From: Octopus bimaculoides | Taxonomy: Eukaryota | Assembly: GCF_001194135.2 (NCBI RefSeq) | Contig: NC_069000.1 | Span: 8,336,092-8,400,091, forward strand | DNA length: 64,000 nt | Reading direction: 5' to 3' | Shown here: positions 63,058 to 64,000 of the stretch, in pieces | How positions within the stretch are numbered: the first letter of the stretch is position 1 | Layout of the letters: each line of letters starts with the position of its first letter | Translations under genes and position numbers: made by a program | The notes under the pieces: model-generated | What the model saw: the letters and a program-made list of their open reading frames with translations, nothing else | Database searches by the model: none | What the model was told of the DNA's origin: nothing

Positions 63058-64000
63058 CTATGGCTTAGGAATGAGAAGAAATAGTTGGTATGTCAAGCAA
63101 AACAACCAAAAATTATTATATGCTAAGAAGTTTAGAATTTTAAAAAAAAGGGGTCTGAATTTTTAGTTCAAAGCTTTAAAATGACCATACAAACACTTTC
63201 AGATTAAAGATTCAATACCCACTTAAAATATATCACACACACACACACACACAGCAATAGAATGGAAAGGCTAAAGAAATTTCAATAGCTGTTTTTTGTA
63301 AAATGTTGATACAGTATTTTAACACAGTCTGTATGAATTCTTCTCAAATTCTAGGCATGTCAGGATAAGAAAAAAAATCAAAACTAATCATAGACTTTTG
63401 TCAATAATTAGCACAGATCAGATTTAACTTCGTCTAAAAAGAACTTGTTCAAAACATAAAATCAAATGGAAACAGGATTTTCAAACATTTTGTTTTTTAC
63501 TATATACAAAATTTTGATTAGAAGTCGTAACCTAGTCTTTTTCTTTGATCTAATAACACCAAAGAGAGAGACCAAGATTGTGCCAGTCGCTTCCTAAGAT
63601 GGAATTACTATTCTTTGACGTCATCCTTTCTCCTACATTAGAGTCTCTATGTCTTCCATCACCAGTTCCACCAGATTTTGGAGATAGAAAGGTCTGTTTT
63701 TTTTTCAATAATAATTGGCCAATAATATGCCACAAAGGAAGCCAAATATTGAACTTTCAATGACACTCATACCAGTGGTGGTAGAACAGAATGTAAAAGA
63801 GAGTTGATCAGAGTAACACTGAATGATAACAGGCAGGAATCACAACATCACAAGTTCAAACTCTACTAGTCACTCTCTATTAAACAGAGGAACAATTGTA
63901 ACTGTTACGGCTAAGGGTTATCATTCCTTTCCTTGATTTCTACATGGAAAGAGAGGATGCACTCTTCATGTGAAGAACTCCAGAAGTTGAGGTCAACTTA

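Noticed and set aside
63550-63735. Minus-strand ORF TFLSPKSGGTGDGRHRD... as an additional Piezo exon
   Set aside because: The acceptor is preceded by poly-A rather than pyrimidines, there is no convincing donor in phase 1, and no recognisable Piezo motif. It cannot be excluded without RNA data.

Overview
AT-rich, microsatellite- and SINE-dense animal genomic DNA with 9 assembly gaps. The repeat families look like those of an octopus/coleoid cephalopod (recognised from memory, not searched). The window is almost entirely the 3' ~three quarters of one minus-strand PIEZO mechanosensitive channel gene. I reconstructed 41 coding exons by hand (63057 down to the TAG at 4056-4058). All junctions are GT-AG and phase-compatible, giving 5645 nt or about 1880 C-terminal residues: THU repeats, beam, anchor with PFEW motif, outer helix, cap, inner helix and CTD. 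The 5' exons lie beyond the right edge. Introns carry at least four SINE-like families, TTAA-flanked piggyBac-type MITEs, hAT and mariner MITEs, a Dong/R4-type LINE, an RTE RT fragment, Penelope-type ends and minisatellites. No second protein-coding gene was found, and I cannot claim a wholly new system. The best leads are: (i) a pore charge reversal (MFRELP instead of MFEELP); (ii) many dsRNA-forming structures in the Piezo pre-mRNA, namely a 148-bp near-perfect hairpin, a head-to-head SINE pair, and inverted SINEs bracketing exon blocks in circRNA/ADAR geometry; (iii) alternative-splicing signals (an in-frame internal donor, a ratchet-like site, microexons); (iv) degenerate Penelope-type hammerhead ribozyme motifs.
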